Positions 9,511 to 16,516 of a stretch of DNA of 64,000 nucleotides are shown in pieces (within the stretch, counting starts at the first letter, position 1; every line of letters starts with the position of its first letter). The position numbers were made by a program, and so were the translations under genes. Below the pieces are notes generated by a model that saw nothing but the letters and a program-made list of their open reading frames with translations, was not told the DNA's origin and made no database searches. Source of the DNA: a virus (lineage: Duplodnaviria > Heunggongvirae > Uroviricota > Caudoviricetes). The stretch is taken from the IMG/VR virus record IMGVR_UViG_3300042339_000806, one strand, 5' to 3'.

Positions 9511-9548
9511 AACCCGGATCAAATAAAAAAGATTCGGGTTTTTTATTT
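9511..9548 (+). terminator. rho-independent terminator
   Basis: 10-bp stem aacccggatc/gattcgggtt (one G-U) followed by TTTTATTT. Confidence 0.6.
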
Positions 9549-9556
9549 AAAAAAAG

Positions 9557-9595
9557 TTGCTAGAAAGAATTAAAGATCGTATCTTTAGGTATATA
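9557..9595 (+). promoter_or_regulatory. Bacteroidetes-type promoter (TTG-N20-TAtcTTTAGGTATA) driving the tRNA array
   Basis: TTG at 9557, box TATCTTTA at 9580, exact 20-nt spacer. Same module seen about 17 times in the window. First tRNA starts 43 nt downstream. Confidence 0.55.
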
Positions 9596-9637
9596 AATAA
9601 AGAATAAGAGTTCATTGACATATTGGATAAAGCATAA

Positions 9638-9721
9638 GGAAGGCGGCCGAATGGACGAGGAGCTTGTCTTGAAAACAAGTAGCGGGTAACACCGTTGTGG
9701 GTTCGATTCCCATGTCTTCCT
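9638..9721 (+). tRNA. tRNA-Ser (anticodon TGA)
   Basis: Acceptor ggaaggc/gtcttcc, D region GGCCGAATGG, anticodon stem cttgt/acaag with loop CTTGAAA, long variable arm, T-arm TTCGATT. Strongly Ser-like overall. Confidence 0.6.
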
Positions 9722-9726
9722 CAATA

Positions 9727-9800
9727 TTGGCTTATAGTGTAACGGTTAGCACAAAACACTTTGACTGTTTTAGTCTAGGTTCGAATCCTAGTAAGCCAAC
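9727..9800 (+). tRNA. tRNA-Gln (anticodon TTG)
   Basis: Acceptor ttggctt/aagccaa perfect. Anticodon stem aaaca/tgttt with loop CTTTGAC. T-arm ctagg-TTCGAAT-cctag. Confidence 0.6.
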
Positions 9801-9808
9801 AATAATTT

Positions 9809-9884
9809 CGGGTAGTAGAGGAGTCTGGTTTATCTCGCTGGCCTTGGACGCTAGAGCACGCAGGTTCGAATCCTGCTTACCCGA
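9809..9884 (+). tRNA. tRNA-Pro (anticodon TGG)
   Basis: C1-G72 start typical of Pro. Anticodon stem ctggc/gctag with loop CTTGGAC. T-arm gcagg-TTCGAAT-cctgc. Discriminator A. Confidence 0.55.
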
Positions 9885-9890
9885 CGAATT

Positions 9891-9962
9891 GCCCCTATAA
9901 CTTAACGGCTAAAGTACTATACTTTTAATATAGGAATCCAAGTTCGATTCTTGGTGGGGGTA
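9891..9962 (+). tRNA. tRNA-Lys (anticodon TTT)
   Basis: D-stem actt/aagt. Anticodon stem ctata/tatag with loop CTTTTAA. T-arm ccaag-TTCGATT-cttgg. Confidence 0.6.
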
Positions 9963-10063
9963 CAAAAGCTACATACACAACCTTACAATCTCTCAGTTAA
10001 AAGCTGTTGTAAGATCAAGTAATAAGCCAATATGCTTGTTAGTTGTGATCAGGTGTAGCACCA

Positions 10064-10134
10064 GCCTCGTTGGCGTAATGGGAGCGTATTTCTTTTACAT
10101 GGAAATGGCAGTAGTTCGATTCTACTACGAGGTA
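10064..10134 (+). tRNA. tRNA-Val (anticodon TAC)
   Basis: Acceptor gcctcgt/acgaggt, anticodon stem tttct/ggaaa with loop TTTACAT, T-arm agtag-TTCGATT-ctact. Compact 71 nt. Confidence 0.5.
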
Positions 10135-10233
10135 CAAAATTCTGGGTAGCAAGTAAAATACCGGCAAGTATTTTCAAGTCTATATGGAGTCTATTATGAG
10201 TTATTAATTTGCCGATGAAAGCTTGTTATAGTT

Positions 10234-10305
10234 TCGTTCTTGGTAGATTGGTGACTACGCTGCCCGCGGAGGGTGGAGAAGCAGGTTCGATTCCTGTAGA
10301 ATGAT
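10234..10305 (+). tRNA. atypical tRNA (anticodon CGG?, Pro-like, G at position 33)
   Basis: Acceptor tcgttct/agaatga, D-stem gtag/ctac, anticodon stem ctgcc/ggtgg (two G-U) with loop CGCGGAG, T-arm gcagg-TTCGATT-cctgt. The loop lacks the conserved U33. Confidence 0.35.
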
Positions 10306-10311
10306 CAAATT

Positions 10312-10392
10312 GGGATGCTTCAGTCACTGGTGTGATAAGCGGTCTGTAAAATCGTTCTGTAAGAAGGTGTGGTTCGATTCCACAGTGTCCCA
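10312..10392 (+). tRNA. tRNA-Tyr (anticodon GTA), class II
   Basis: Acceptor gggatgc/gtgtccc, anticodon stem gcggt/atcgt with loop CTGTAAA, long variable arm, T-arm tgtgg-TTCGATT-ccaca. Confidence 0.5.
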
Positions 10393-10454
10393 CAAATATG
10401 GAATAACATCGCTCCCGTAATGCCATGGCTTGTATACGAGTGACGGGAGACAAT

Positions 10455-10527
10455 GGACCTTTGGTATAGCTGGTGCGTACGCTAGTCTGAAGAACTAGAG
10501 GAGTAGGTTCGATTCCTACAGGGTCCA
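10455..10527 (+). tRNA. tRNA-Phe (anticodon GAA)
   Basis: Acceptor ggacctt/agggtcc, anticodon stem ctagt/actag with loop CTGAAGA, T-arm gtagg-TTCGATT-cctac. Confidence 0.6.
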
Positions 10528-10604
10528 CGAAGTAGAGAGGTATGGGTTCGAGTCCCATCCGGGCCGTTAGCGGCGCGGTAGTATAACGGTAGTAACGCTT
10601 TCTT

Positions 10605-10676
10605 GGGTTTGTCGTATAACGGCTATTACGGATGACTGTTAATCATCTTATGAAGGTTCGATTCCTTCCAGGCCCG
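10605..10676 (+). tRNA. tRNA-Asn (anticodon GTT)
   Basis: Acceptor gggtttg/caggccc (2 G-U), D-stem cgta/tacg, anticodon stem gatga/tcatc with loop CTGTTAA, T-arm gaagg-TTCGATT-ccttc. Confidence 0.55.
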
Positions 10677-10682
10677 CAAAAT

Positions 10683-10756
10683 AGGTAATTAGCTCAATTG
10701 GTTAGAGCACTCGCCTGATACGTGAGAGGTTATAGGTTCGATTCCTATATTACCTA
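10683..10756 (+). tRNA. tRNA-Ile (anticodon GAT)
   Basis: AGGTAAT-TA-GCTCAATTGGTTAGAGC...CTGATAC closely parallels bacterial tRNA-Ile(GAU). T-arm atagg-TTCGATT-cctat. Confidence 0.6.
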
Positions 10757-10761
10757 CAAAG

Positions 10762-10844
10762 GGAAAGTAAATCAACTAGGAGTTGAGACCGCTTGCTAAG
10801 CGTATCGTGCCTTCGGGCATGGGGTTCGATACCTCTGCTTTCCT
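10762..10844 (+). tRNA. class II tRNA, anticodon ambiguous (possibly GCT, Ser)
   Basis: Acceptor ggaaagt/gctttcc, variable-arm hairpin gtgcc-ttcg-ggcat, T-loop TTCGATA. The anticodon region cgcttgctaagcg folds ambiguously. Confidence 0.4.
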
Positions 10845-11161
10845 CAAAAAAACCTCCTCACCGTCCTCACAACGCATCTAAGGAATGCAGGAGAAGGAAG
10901 TACGAACGGGGCCCCGTGGTAAGACACATTAAAATCAGATAGTACAGCGATAGGGTAAGAGGTTCCCTATCAACTACCGACTTGATCTAGGATCGAGAAT
11001 ATCTCATAAGTATTCTCAGACAAGAGCGTAACTTGTAGTCGGTACTAAATTATATGGGTAGGTAGGAAGTTAAGAAACGTTTCTCAAAAAACGACTTAAT
11101 GAGGTAAAGCGTTAGAGTAGTAAAATTGAGTAAGCGTTATTAAAGTAGTATAATTTTATAT

Positions 11162-11233
11162 GGTGTTCGAAGCTTTTTAGTGAAGCGCAAGACTGTGAAT
11201 CTTGAGAAGACGGGGCGGTACCGTCCTTACACC
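11162..11233 (+). tRNA. tRNA-His-like (anticodon GTG), atypical T-loop and acceptor
   Basis: Anticodon arm caaga-CTGTGAA-tcttg perfect, with anticodon at the expected position 34-36. T-arm gacgg-ggcggta-ccgtc has a non-canonical loop. Acceptor pairing is imperfect. Confidence 0.3.
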
Positions 11234-11239
11234 CAACAT

Positions 11240-11319
11240 GCCTCTGTGGTGAAATAGGTAAACACACCAGGCTTAAAACTTGGCGCTCAGGCTTGCTGGT
11301 TCGACTCCAGTCAGGGGTA
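11240..11319 (+). tRNA. tRNA-Leu (anticodon TAA), class II
   Basis: Acceptor gcctctg/caggggt, anticodon stem ccagg/cttgg with loop CTTAAAA, long variable arm, T-arm gctgg-TTCGACT-ccagt. Confidence 0.55.
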
Positions 11320-11408
11320 CAAAAAAATCGCTGATGTCCTCTTTAATTGTTCGACATTGAAGATGTGTAATGATATAAACATCGTAGGTTAAGCGATATC
11401 CTACAACT

Positions 11409-11480
11409 GGTCTTATAGTTTAATTGGAAAAACTTATCGCTACGAACGATAGAACGTAGGTTCGACTCCTACTAAGACCT
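11409..11480 (+). tRNA. tRNA-Arg (anticodon ACG)
   Basis: Acceptor ggtctta/taagacc perfect, anticodon stem tatcg/cgata with loop CTACGAA, T-arm gtagg-TTCGACT-cctac. Confidence 0.6.
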
Positions 11481-11640
11481 CAAAATATAATTACAAAGCG
11501 TAGGTAAGAAGACGTGGAGAGACGTTGCGCAAGGGTACACACTAAGGATAAGTATTTATACTCAACTCTCTAAGGGTGTGTGAAGCACTAAGAAATTAGA
11601 TCCCAGATTCCTGATAAAACTTACTAATTATATTTTAACC

Positions 11641-11712
11641 GCCCTATTAGTTAAACGGATATAACGAATCTCTTCTAAAGATTAATTCTAGGTTCGATTC
11701 CTGGATGGGGTA
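11641..11712 (+). tRNA. tRNA-Arg (anticodon TCT)
   Basis: D-stem gtta/taac, anticodon stem aatct/agatt perfect with loop CTTCTAA, T-arm ctagg-TTCGATT-cctgg. Confidence 0.6.
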
Positions 11713-11718
11713 CAACAA

Positions 11719-11789
11719 GCGGGTCACAGACAAGGTGTCGGTACGGTCTCCAAAACTGCTACGGGTAGGTTCGATTCCTACGGTCTGCG
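11719..11789 (+). tRNA. tRNA-Trp (anticodon CCA)
   Basis: Anticodon loop CTCCAAA identical to the bacterial tRNA-Trp loop. T-arm gtagg-TTCGATT-cctac. Acceptor gcgggtc/ggtctgc with three G-U. Confidence 0.45.
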
Positions 11790-11847
11790 CAAAATTATTA
11801 ATTATGAAAAAGAAATTCGATGCTCATTAGGTTTATTAACCTAAAAT

Positions 11848-12039
11848 TTGAGCAAGATGAGAATCAAAAACTATACTCAGAAAGAGTATAAAAAAGAAAA
11901 AAGAAAACAATCCAAAGATGGTGGAATGTGGTTTGAAGACTATTGGAGTAAATGTAAATCCGGAATATGGGCCTTCAAGTACAGAGAGTACCGTACTTGG
12001 AAGTACAACAGAAAAACACAGTATAAACCTTTAAATTAA
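11848..12039 (+). CDS. small Lys/Arg/Tyr/Trp-rich basic protein
   Basis: 63-aa ORF immediately upstream of the HNH gene within the tRNA island. Confidence 0.3.
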   Translation: MSKMRIKNYTQKEYKKEKRKQSKDGGMWFEDYWSKCKSGIWAFKYREYRTWKYNRKTQYKPLN

Positions 12040-12044
12040 AAATC

Positions 12045-12551
12045 ATGAGTAAGTATCAAAAAGCACTAGTAGTGGATGCAAGCTTTACAGCAAGATCAGT
12101 TATAAGTACCGAACGAGCGTTCGTGATTTTTTATAAGGGTAATGCTGAAGTAGTAGCAGAGCATCCAGAAACATTTAGTTTAATTAATCCTGAACTAACC
12201 ATTTACAAACCTTCTATTATTAGAGTAGCTAAGTATGTAAAACAAAACATTCAAAAAGTACCTCTAACAAGAGAGAATATTTACCGAAGAGATAATTATG
12301 AATGTGTTTATTGTGGTAGTTCAAATCAAAGAATATTAACACTTGACCATGTTATCCCTCAATCAAAAGGAGGAAAAGATGCTTGGGATAATTTAGTAAC
12401 AGCTTGTAGACCATGTAATCATGAGAAAGCAGATTTAACATTAGAGGAATATGGTAAGGAAATTCCAGAACCAAAAAGACCTCATTATTTAATGTTAATG
12501 AGAAGTATGACATACATACCTAAAGAATGGGAAACATTTTTATTCTTTTAA
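12045..12551 (+). CDS. HNH homing endonuclease
   Basis: CVYCGSSNQRILTLDHVIPQSKGGKDAWDNLVTACRPCNHEK is the canonical HNH ββα-Me/zinc motif. It sits inside the tRNA array. Confidence 0.75.
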   Translation: MSKYQKALVVDASFTARSVISTERAFVIFYKGNAEVVAEHPETFSLINPELTIYKPSIIRVAKYVKQNIQKVPLTRENIYRRDNYECVYCGSSNQRILTLDHVIPQSKGGKDAWDNLVTACRPCNHEKADLTLEEYGKEIPEPKRPHYLMLMRSMTYIPKEWETFLFF

Positions 12552-12820
12552 ATAATGGAAGAGTGGAAGCCAGGATATTATGATAAATGGGAGAATTTTA
12601 TTCCTTATGATAAAAAATGGTATTGTAATGAAAATAAAAGAATCCATCAATCAGAAAAGGAAAAAAATAATTGTAAGTATTGCAATAAAGGTTTGGAAAA
12701 CCAGAAATAGTTTCATATATTAAGGTATAAGAAAGTAAAATATATCACCTACTACAAAACGGCGCGCGAAACAATAGAATCCCGACTTGTACTGTCTGGA
12801 AGGTCAGGCTAGGTGAAAAT

Positions 12821-12891
12821 GGGCAGTTGGCCGATTGGTTAGGCACAGGATTGCAAACTCTGTTAGGTTGGTTCGATTCCAACACTGCCCT
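12821..12891 (+). tRNA. tRNA-Cys (anticodon GCA)
   Basis: Acceptor gggcagt/actgccc perfect, anticodon loop TTGCAAA, T-arm gttgg-TTCGATT-ccaac. Confidence 0.55.
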
Positions 12892-12986
12892 CATTTAAGG
12901 TTCGACCCTCTACCAAATGTGTTACACCCACAAATGGACAACGAGAGGGAGCTACCGATTGATAAGTGGCCGCACATGCGGCAAAT

Positions 12987-13060
12987 GCCCGAGTGGTGGA
13001 ATTGGCAGACACGGCGGCCTTAGAAGTCGTAAACTGAGAGTTCGAGTCTCTCCTTGGGTA
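12987..13060 (+). tRNA. tRNA with anticodon TAG (Leu by anticodon) but class I short variable arm
   Basis: Acceptor gcccgag/cttgggt, anticodon stem gcggc/gtcgt with loop CTTAGAA, T-arm gagag-TTCGAGT-ctctc. It is 74 nt with a 5-nt variable loop, unusual for Leu. Confidence 0.4.
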
Positions 13061-13136
13061 CAAATTAGAGTTAGCTTATAGTAAAGCAGCAGGGGCTAAC
13101 CTGCAGAACGGATACGAAAACCGGCTCTAATTATCT

Positions 13137-13210
13137 GCTTCTGACGCACAAATGGTGGTGCACCGGATTTGTAACCCAGAATAGAGTCGGTTCGATCCCG
13201 TCCAGAAGCT
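13137..13210 (+). tRNA. tRNA, probable Thr (anticodon TGT), weak anticodon stem
   Basis: Acceptor gcttctg/cagaagc perfect and D-stem gcac/gtgc. The loop TTTGTAA sits in a poorly paired stem. Confidence 0.4.
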
Positions 13211-13215
13211 CAACT

Positions 13216-13287
13216 GCGACTATCGTATAATGGTCATTACTTCAGACTTCCAATCTGAAGATGAGAGTTCGATTCTCTCTAGTCGCT
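13216..13287 (+). tRNA. tRNA-Gly (anticodon TCC)
   Basis: Acceptor gcgacta/tagtcgc perfect, anticodon stem tcaga/tctga with loop CTTCCAA, T-arm gagag-TTCGATT-ctctc. Confidence 0.6.
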
Positions 13288-13338
13288 CAGGGGTGTGTAG
13301 GAGCCCAAGAGTATGTGATGAGCATACGCCTACAATTT

Positions 13339-13410
13339 GCTGCCATCGTCTAACGGCTAGGACCTATGGTTTTCATCCATAAAATCGGAGTTCGATTCTC
13401 CGTGGCAGTA
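13339..13410 (+). tRNA. tRNA-Glu (anticodon TTC)
   Basis: Anticodon stem tatgg/ccata perfect with loop TTTTCAT, T-arm cggag-TTCGATT-ctccg. Confidence 0.6.
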
Positions 13411-13415
13411 CAAAA

Positions 13416-13487
13416 GGGGCTATAGTGAAATTGGCATCACGATAGATTTGCATTCTGTTATTCCGGGTTCGAATCCCGGTAGCTCCA
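13416..13487 (+). tRNA. tRNA-Ala (anticodon TGC)
   Basis: Acceptor ggggcta/tagctcc with G3-U70, anticodon loop TTTGCAT, T-arm ccggg-TTCGAAT-cccgg. Confidence 0.6.
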
Positions 13488-13492
13488 CAAAA

Positions 13493-13564
13493 GGTCTATT
13501 CGTTCAACGGCTAGGATACTACCCTGTCACGGTAGGGATGAGAGTTCGATTCTCTCATAGACCG
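13493..13564 (+). tRNA. tRNA-Asp (anticodon GTC)
   Basis: Acceptor ggtctat/atagacc perfect, anticodon stem ctacc/ggtag with loop CTGTCAC, T-arm gagag-TTCGATT-ctctc. Confidence 0.6.
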
Positions 13565-13572
13565 CTTATAAA

Positions 13573-13643
13573 CTGCGTTAAAGTGTAAAGGTTGCATCCC
13601 GGTCTCATAAGCCGGGGGGGTGGTTCGAGTCCACGCTACGCTA
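13573..13643 (+). tRNA. tRNA-Met-like (anticodon CAT), possibly initiator-like; acceptor stem poorly paired
   Basis: GC-rich anticodon stem ccggt/gccgg with loop CTCATAA. T-arm gtgg-TTCGAGT-ccac. The 5' and 3' ends do not form a 7-bp acceptor by eye. Confidence 0.35.
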
Positions 13644-13649
13644 CAAATT

Positions 13650-13723
13650 GTCCTTTTAGCTCAGATGGTGAGAGCAGCTCGCTCATAACGAGAAGGTCAC
13701 AGGTTCGAGCCCTGTATAGGACA
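13650..13723 (+). tRNA. tRNA-Met elongator (anticodon CAT)
   Basis: TA-GCTCAGATGGTGAGAGC D-arm, loop CTCATAA, AGGTCACAGGTTCGAGCCCTGT closely resembles bacterial elongator Met. Confidence 0.55.
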
Positions 13724-13787
13724 CTAAATTTTATCCACTATGAGGTCAATTCCTTCGTCTCCAATGTAGGTTAGCTATTGCTAACTT

Positions 13788-14021
13788 ATGACTCAGAAAT
13801 TGAGAATTTGGAGAGTAGTCCCAACCAGCATGACTGGTGTTCAGGCTCCCACGTTTTTTGTAGAAACTACAGAAAATGGTAGAGAAGAAGCAGAAAAATC
13901 TGCAAACCTACAAGCAAGACAAAAATCTCGCTTGGGTAAGTTTAACAATTGGTATTTTGATTTAACAAGAATGAATGTCAGAGTAGACAGACATGGGAGG
14001 TATATCAAACATCACCAATAA
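13788..14021 (+). CDS. hypothetical protein
   Basis: First ORF after the tRNA island. Confidence 0.3.
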   Translation: MTQKLRIWRVVPTSMTGVQAPTFFVETTENGREEAEKSANLQARQKSRLGKFNNWYFDLTRMNVRVDRHGRYIKHHQ

Positions 14022-14088
14022 GAAATATTCGGAGAAAGGTTTGGAAACCTGAACCTTTCTTCTTATATTAAATAAAAATAAAGGTAAT

Positions 14089-14304
14089 ATGGTCTGGTCT
14101 GTATTTAGTATTGAAGTAAAAGAGCAATTAGCATGGACAATACATACTAGACTATTTATGGGCGATCTATCTAATATAGATCTTACAACAGATTGGAGAT
14201 TTTGTGATGTTAAAGGAAAAAGAAGGAATTGTATATTCTTAGGTTTTATTGACAACCCAGAATTTCCATTAAAAGAACCAATAAAAACATATAGAAATAA
14301 TTAA
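14089..14304 (+). CDS. hypothetical small protein
   Basis: ORF fills an otherwise empty 300-nt gap. Confidence 0.25.
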   Translation: MVWSVFSIEVKEQLAWTIHTRLFMGDLSNIDLTTDWRFCDVKGKRRNCIFLGFIDNPEFPLKEPIKTYRNN

Positions 14305-14319
14305 ATAAAAATCATAGTT

Positions 14320-15231
14320 ATGAAAAATTCGTTATCTACAAAAGGGTTATCAATGTCTCAAGCACAATCAATCTCAAACTTGTGCAATCAACGTTCAAAA
14401 GATATTACAGCGAAATTGGCTGATATCAATAACGTTTCTAAAGAACTAGTAATAGGTTCAGAAACCTATGTAGAGACTAATGGGAATCCTATCCCAGTAA
14501 ACGTAGTTGAGCTATTAACTGCTAAGGCAAGATTATCTGCCACTCAAGCTTTCTTGATGGAGAATATCAAAGCAAAGGATGAATTGATTACTAAAATCAA
14601 ATTTGAAAAGTATAACTACGAGGTTGAATCTCCAGAGAGACCAAAACTAATCTCAGAAGTAATTCCAACAGAAGTGGATGAAGATTTTGGTTGGGATACT
14701 TTATCTACAGCCGAATACAACGAATACCTAGAGGCAGAAGCTTATGCTTCACATATCGGACAATTCATCCATAAAGGAGGAAAATTGGATAAGTTGAGAG
14801 GAGAACTTCCTACCATTAAAACTTTAGAGTTTATGGAAATAGAAGTAGGAAAGAAAACTCCTATGAAAGTATCTATTCACCATACAGCAGAACAATTGCT
14901 TTCAGTTCATGAACAATTAGCAGCTCTTCATAGAGGATTTGAACAAAGAGTAAATTACTTTAAATCTAAAGTAAAAAATGCTACTACTTCTGAGAATGCT
15001 AGAATTCAGAAAGAGAGAGGTATCATTCAAGCAAGAGTGAATAACGAGAATGCAGAAGCTGCAAACAATTATAAGTTAGCTTATGATAAGTGGTCTGGAG
15101 AGGAACGTCAAGCACAACACGAGTTTGAAGAAAAACGTCAAGCAAGAATCCAAGAAGCTGTCAATTTAAAAATTGAAGTAGCAGAAAGATTCCAGGACGT
15201 AGTAGATGAATTCTTGAATCAACTAAAATAA
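14320..15231 (+). CDS. hypothetical protein
   Basis: 303-aa ORF with a helical, charged C-terminus. Confidence 0.35.
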   Translation: MKNSLSTKGLSMSQAQSISNLCNQRSKDITAKLADINNVSKELVIGSETYVETNGNPIPVNVVELLTAKARLSATQAFLMENIKAKDELITKIKFEKYNYEVESPERPKLISEVIPTEVDEDFGWDTLSTAEYNEYLEAEAYASHIGQFIHKGGKLDKLRGELPTIKTLEFMEIEVGKKTPMKVSIHHTAEQLLSVHEQLAALHRGFEQRVNYFKSKVKNATTSENARIQKERGIIQARVNNENAEAANNYKLAYDKWSGEERQAQHEFEEKRQARIQEAVNLKIEVAERFQDVVDEFLNQLK

Positions 15232-15572
15232 TTTGGTGCTAAGGAGGTAAGCACAAGCCGATCCTCCAAAGCTTTATGCTGGGATAGTAGAGTTTTAAAT
15301 ATAAACTATATGATATATGTAATCATCTACAGACTAAACGGCCATGGGCCCTTTAAAACTCGCTTCCCTACAACTTAAACCAAACTGAGATAGAACTCAA
15401 CAGCTAGACATGTTACTCTTGAGGGAGACTAAAAGTGGCTAGCGACTCTAAGACTTAGTTTTTGTCCTTGCCCTTGTGGTAGTGGAAGGTTTTTGACTTT
15501 GATTTTGCATTTGACCTAGGCTATATGCTTTACATCCCAGCAACATTTTTTTAAAAATAATTAACAAAAAGC

Positions 15573-15611
15573 TTGCTTAGGCAGGCTTTTATTCGTATAT
15601 TTAGGTATAGA
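15573..15611 (+). promoter_or_regulatory. promoter module (TTG-N20-TATATTTAGGTATAGA) preceded by a weak hairpin
   Basis: Exact 20-nt spacer. Lies inside the computed ORF 15573-15863, arguing the real start is ATG 15621. Confidence 0.5.
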
Positions 15612-15620
15612 AAAAAGATT

Positions 15621-15863
15621 ATGAAAGATGCATTAGGAATAGAGATTCAAATAGGACAGCGATACGGATACTCCAGAAATGAAAATGGATTTACTTATGT
15701 ACGAATAGGTACTATAAGTAAGGTAAATGAAAAGACAGTAACAATGGATGTAGAGATTACAAAGAGAGCATTATACAGTGCAGACTTGGTAATAGATTCT
15801 ACATCAAGTAAAAAAATATCAATAAAAGGAAATATGTTATTCCCAGTTAATACAATAGATTAA
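15621..15863 (+). CDS. hypothetical protein (start trimmed to internal Met downstream of promoter)
   Basis: MKDALGIEIQ... begins 10 nt after the GGTATAGA box. Confidence 0.35.
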   Translation: MKDALGIEIQIGQRYGYSRNENGFTYVRIGTISKVNEKTVTMDVEITKRALYSADLVIDSTSSKKISIKGNMLFPVNTID

Positions 15864-15864
15864 A

Positions 15865-16515
15865 ATGAAACTAGTATTAGAAAAAGGACAGCAATTGTTC
15901 TTTACATCAGACACACATTACTCACACTCAAACATTTGTAGTGCTACTACAAACTGGTCAGTGAATGATGGATATGCTCGTAAGTTTGATTCATTGGAAG
16001 ATATGAACCAAAGACTAGTTGATAACATTAACAACATGGTCGGTGAAGATGATATCTTAATCCATTTAGGTGACTGGTCATTTGGAGGATTTGATAAGAT
16101 TGAAGAATTCAGAAGTCAAATCAACTGTAAAAACATTCACTTGACATTTGGAAACCATGATCATCACATCGAAAGAAACAAAGAGGGAGTACAAAAACTA
16201 TTCTCTTCAGTACAAAACTATTTGAGATTAGAAGTACAAAGACCAATCAATAAAGCAACAACTGAAAAGTTTATTTTCGTTTGTATGCACTATCCAATAG
16301 CGTCATGGCATGATATGAACCAAGGAGTAATTCACTTGCATGGCCACGTTCATTTACCTTCACACCTAAGAATAGCAGAAGGTAAGGCAATGGATGTTGG
16401 AGTAGATGGAAATGGTTTAGAGCCTTTATCATTAGATGAAATAGTAGAATTGATGAAAGATCGTCCAGTTAAAAAATTAGCTTTACCAAAGGATCATCAC
16501 GAAAAGAGAATTTAA
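15865..16515 (+). CDS. calcineurin-like metallophosphoesterase (RNA end-healing phosphatase candidate)
   Basis: SDTHYSH, LGDWSFGG (GDxx), GNHDHH, HGHVH motifs of the metallophosphatase fold. Confidence 0.7.
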   Translation: MKLVLEKGQQLFFTSDTHYSHSNICSATTNWSVNDGYARKFDSLEDMNQRLVDNINNMVGEDDILIHLGDWSFGGFDKIEEFRSQINCKNIHLTFGNHDHHIERNKEGVQKLFSSVQNYLRLEVQRPINKATTEKFIFVCMHYPIASWHDMNQGVIHLHGHVHLPSHLRIAEGKAMDVGVDGNGLEPLSLDEIVELMKDRPVKKLALPKDHHEKRI

Positions 16516-16516
16516 T

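Noticed and set aside
9697-13774. Plus-strand ORFs 9697-9900, 12835-13023 and 13592-13774 and minus ORFs 10226-10558 and 12863-13063 inside the tRNA array
   Set aside because: Their peptides are the characteristic GSNP/GIEP translations of consecutive T-loop (GGTTCGAATCC) sequences. The DNA is fully accounted for by tRNA genes.
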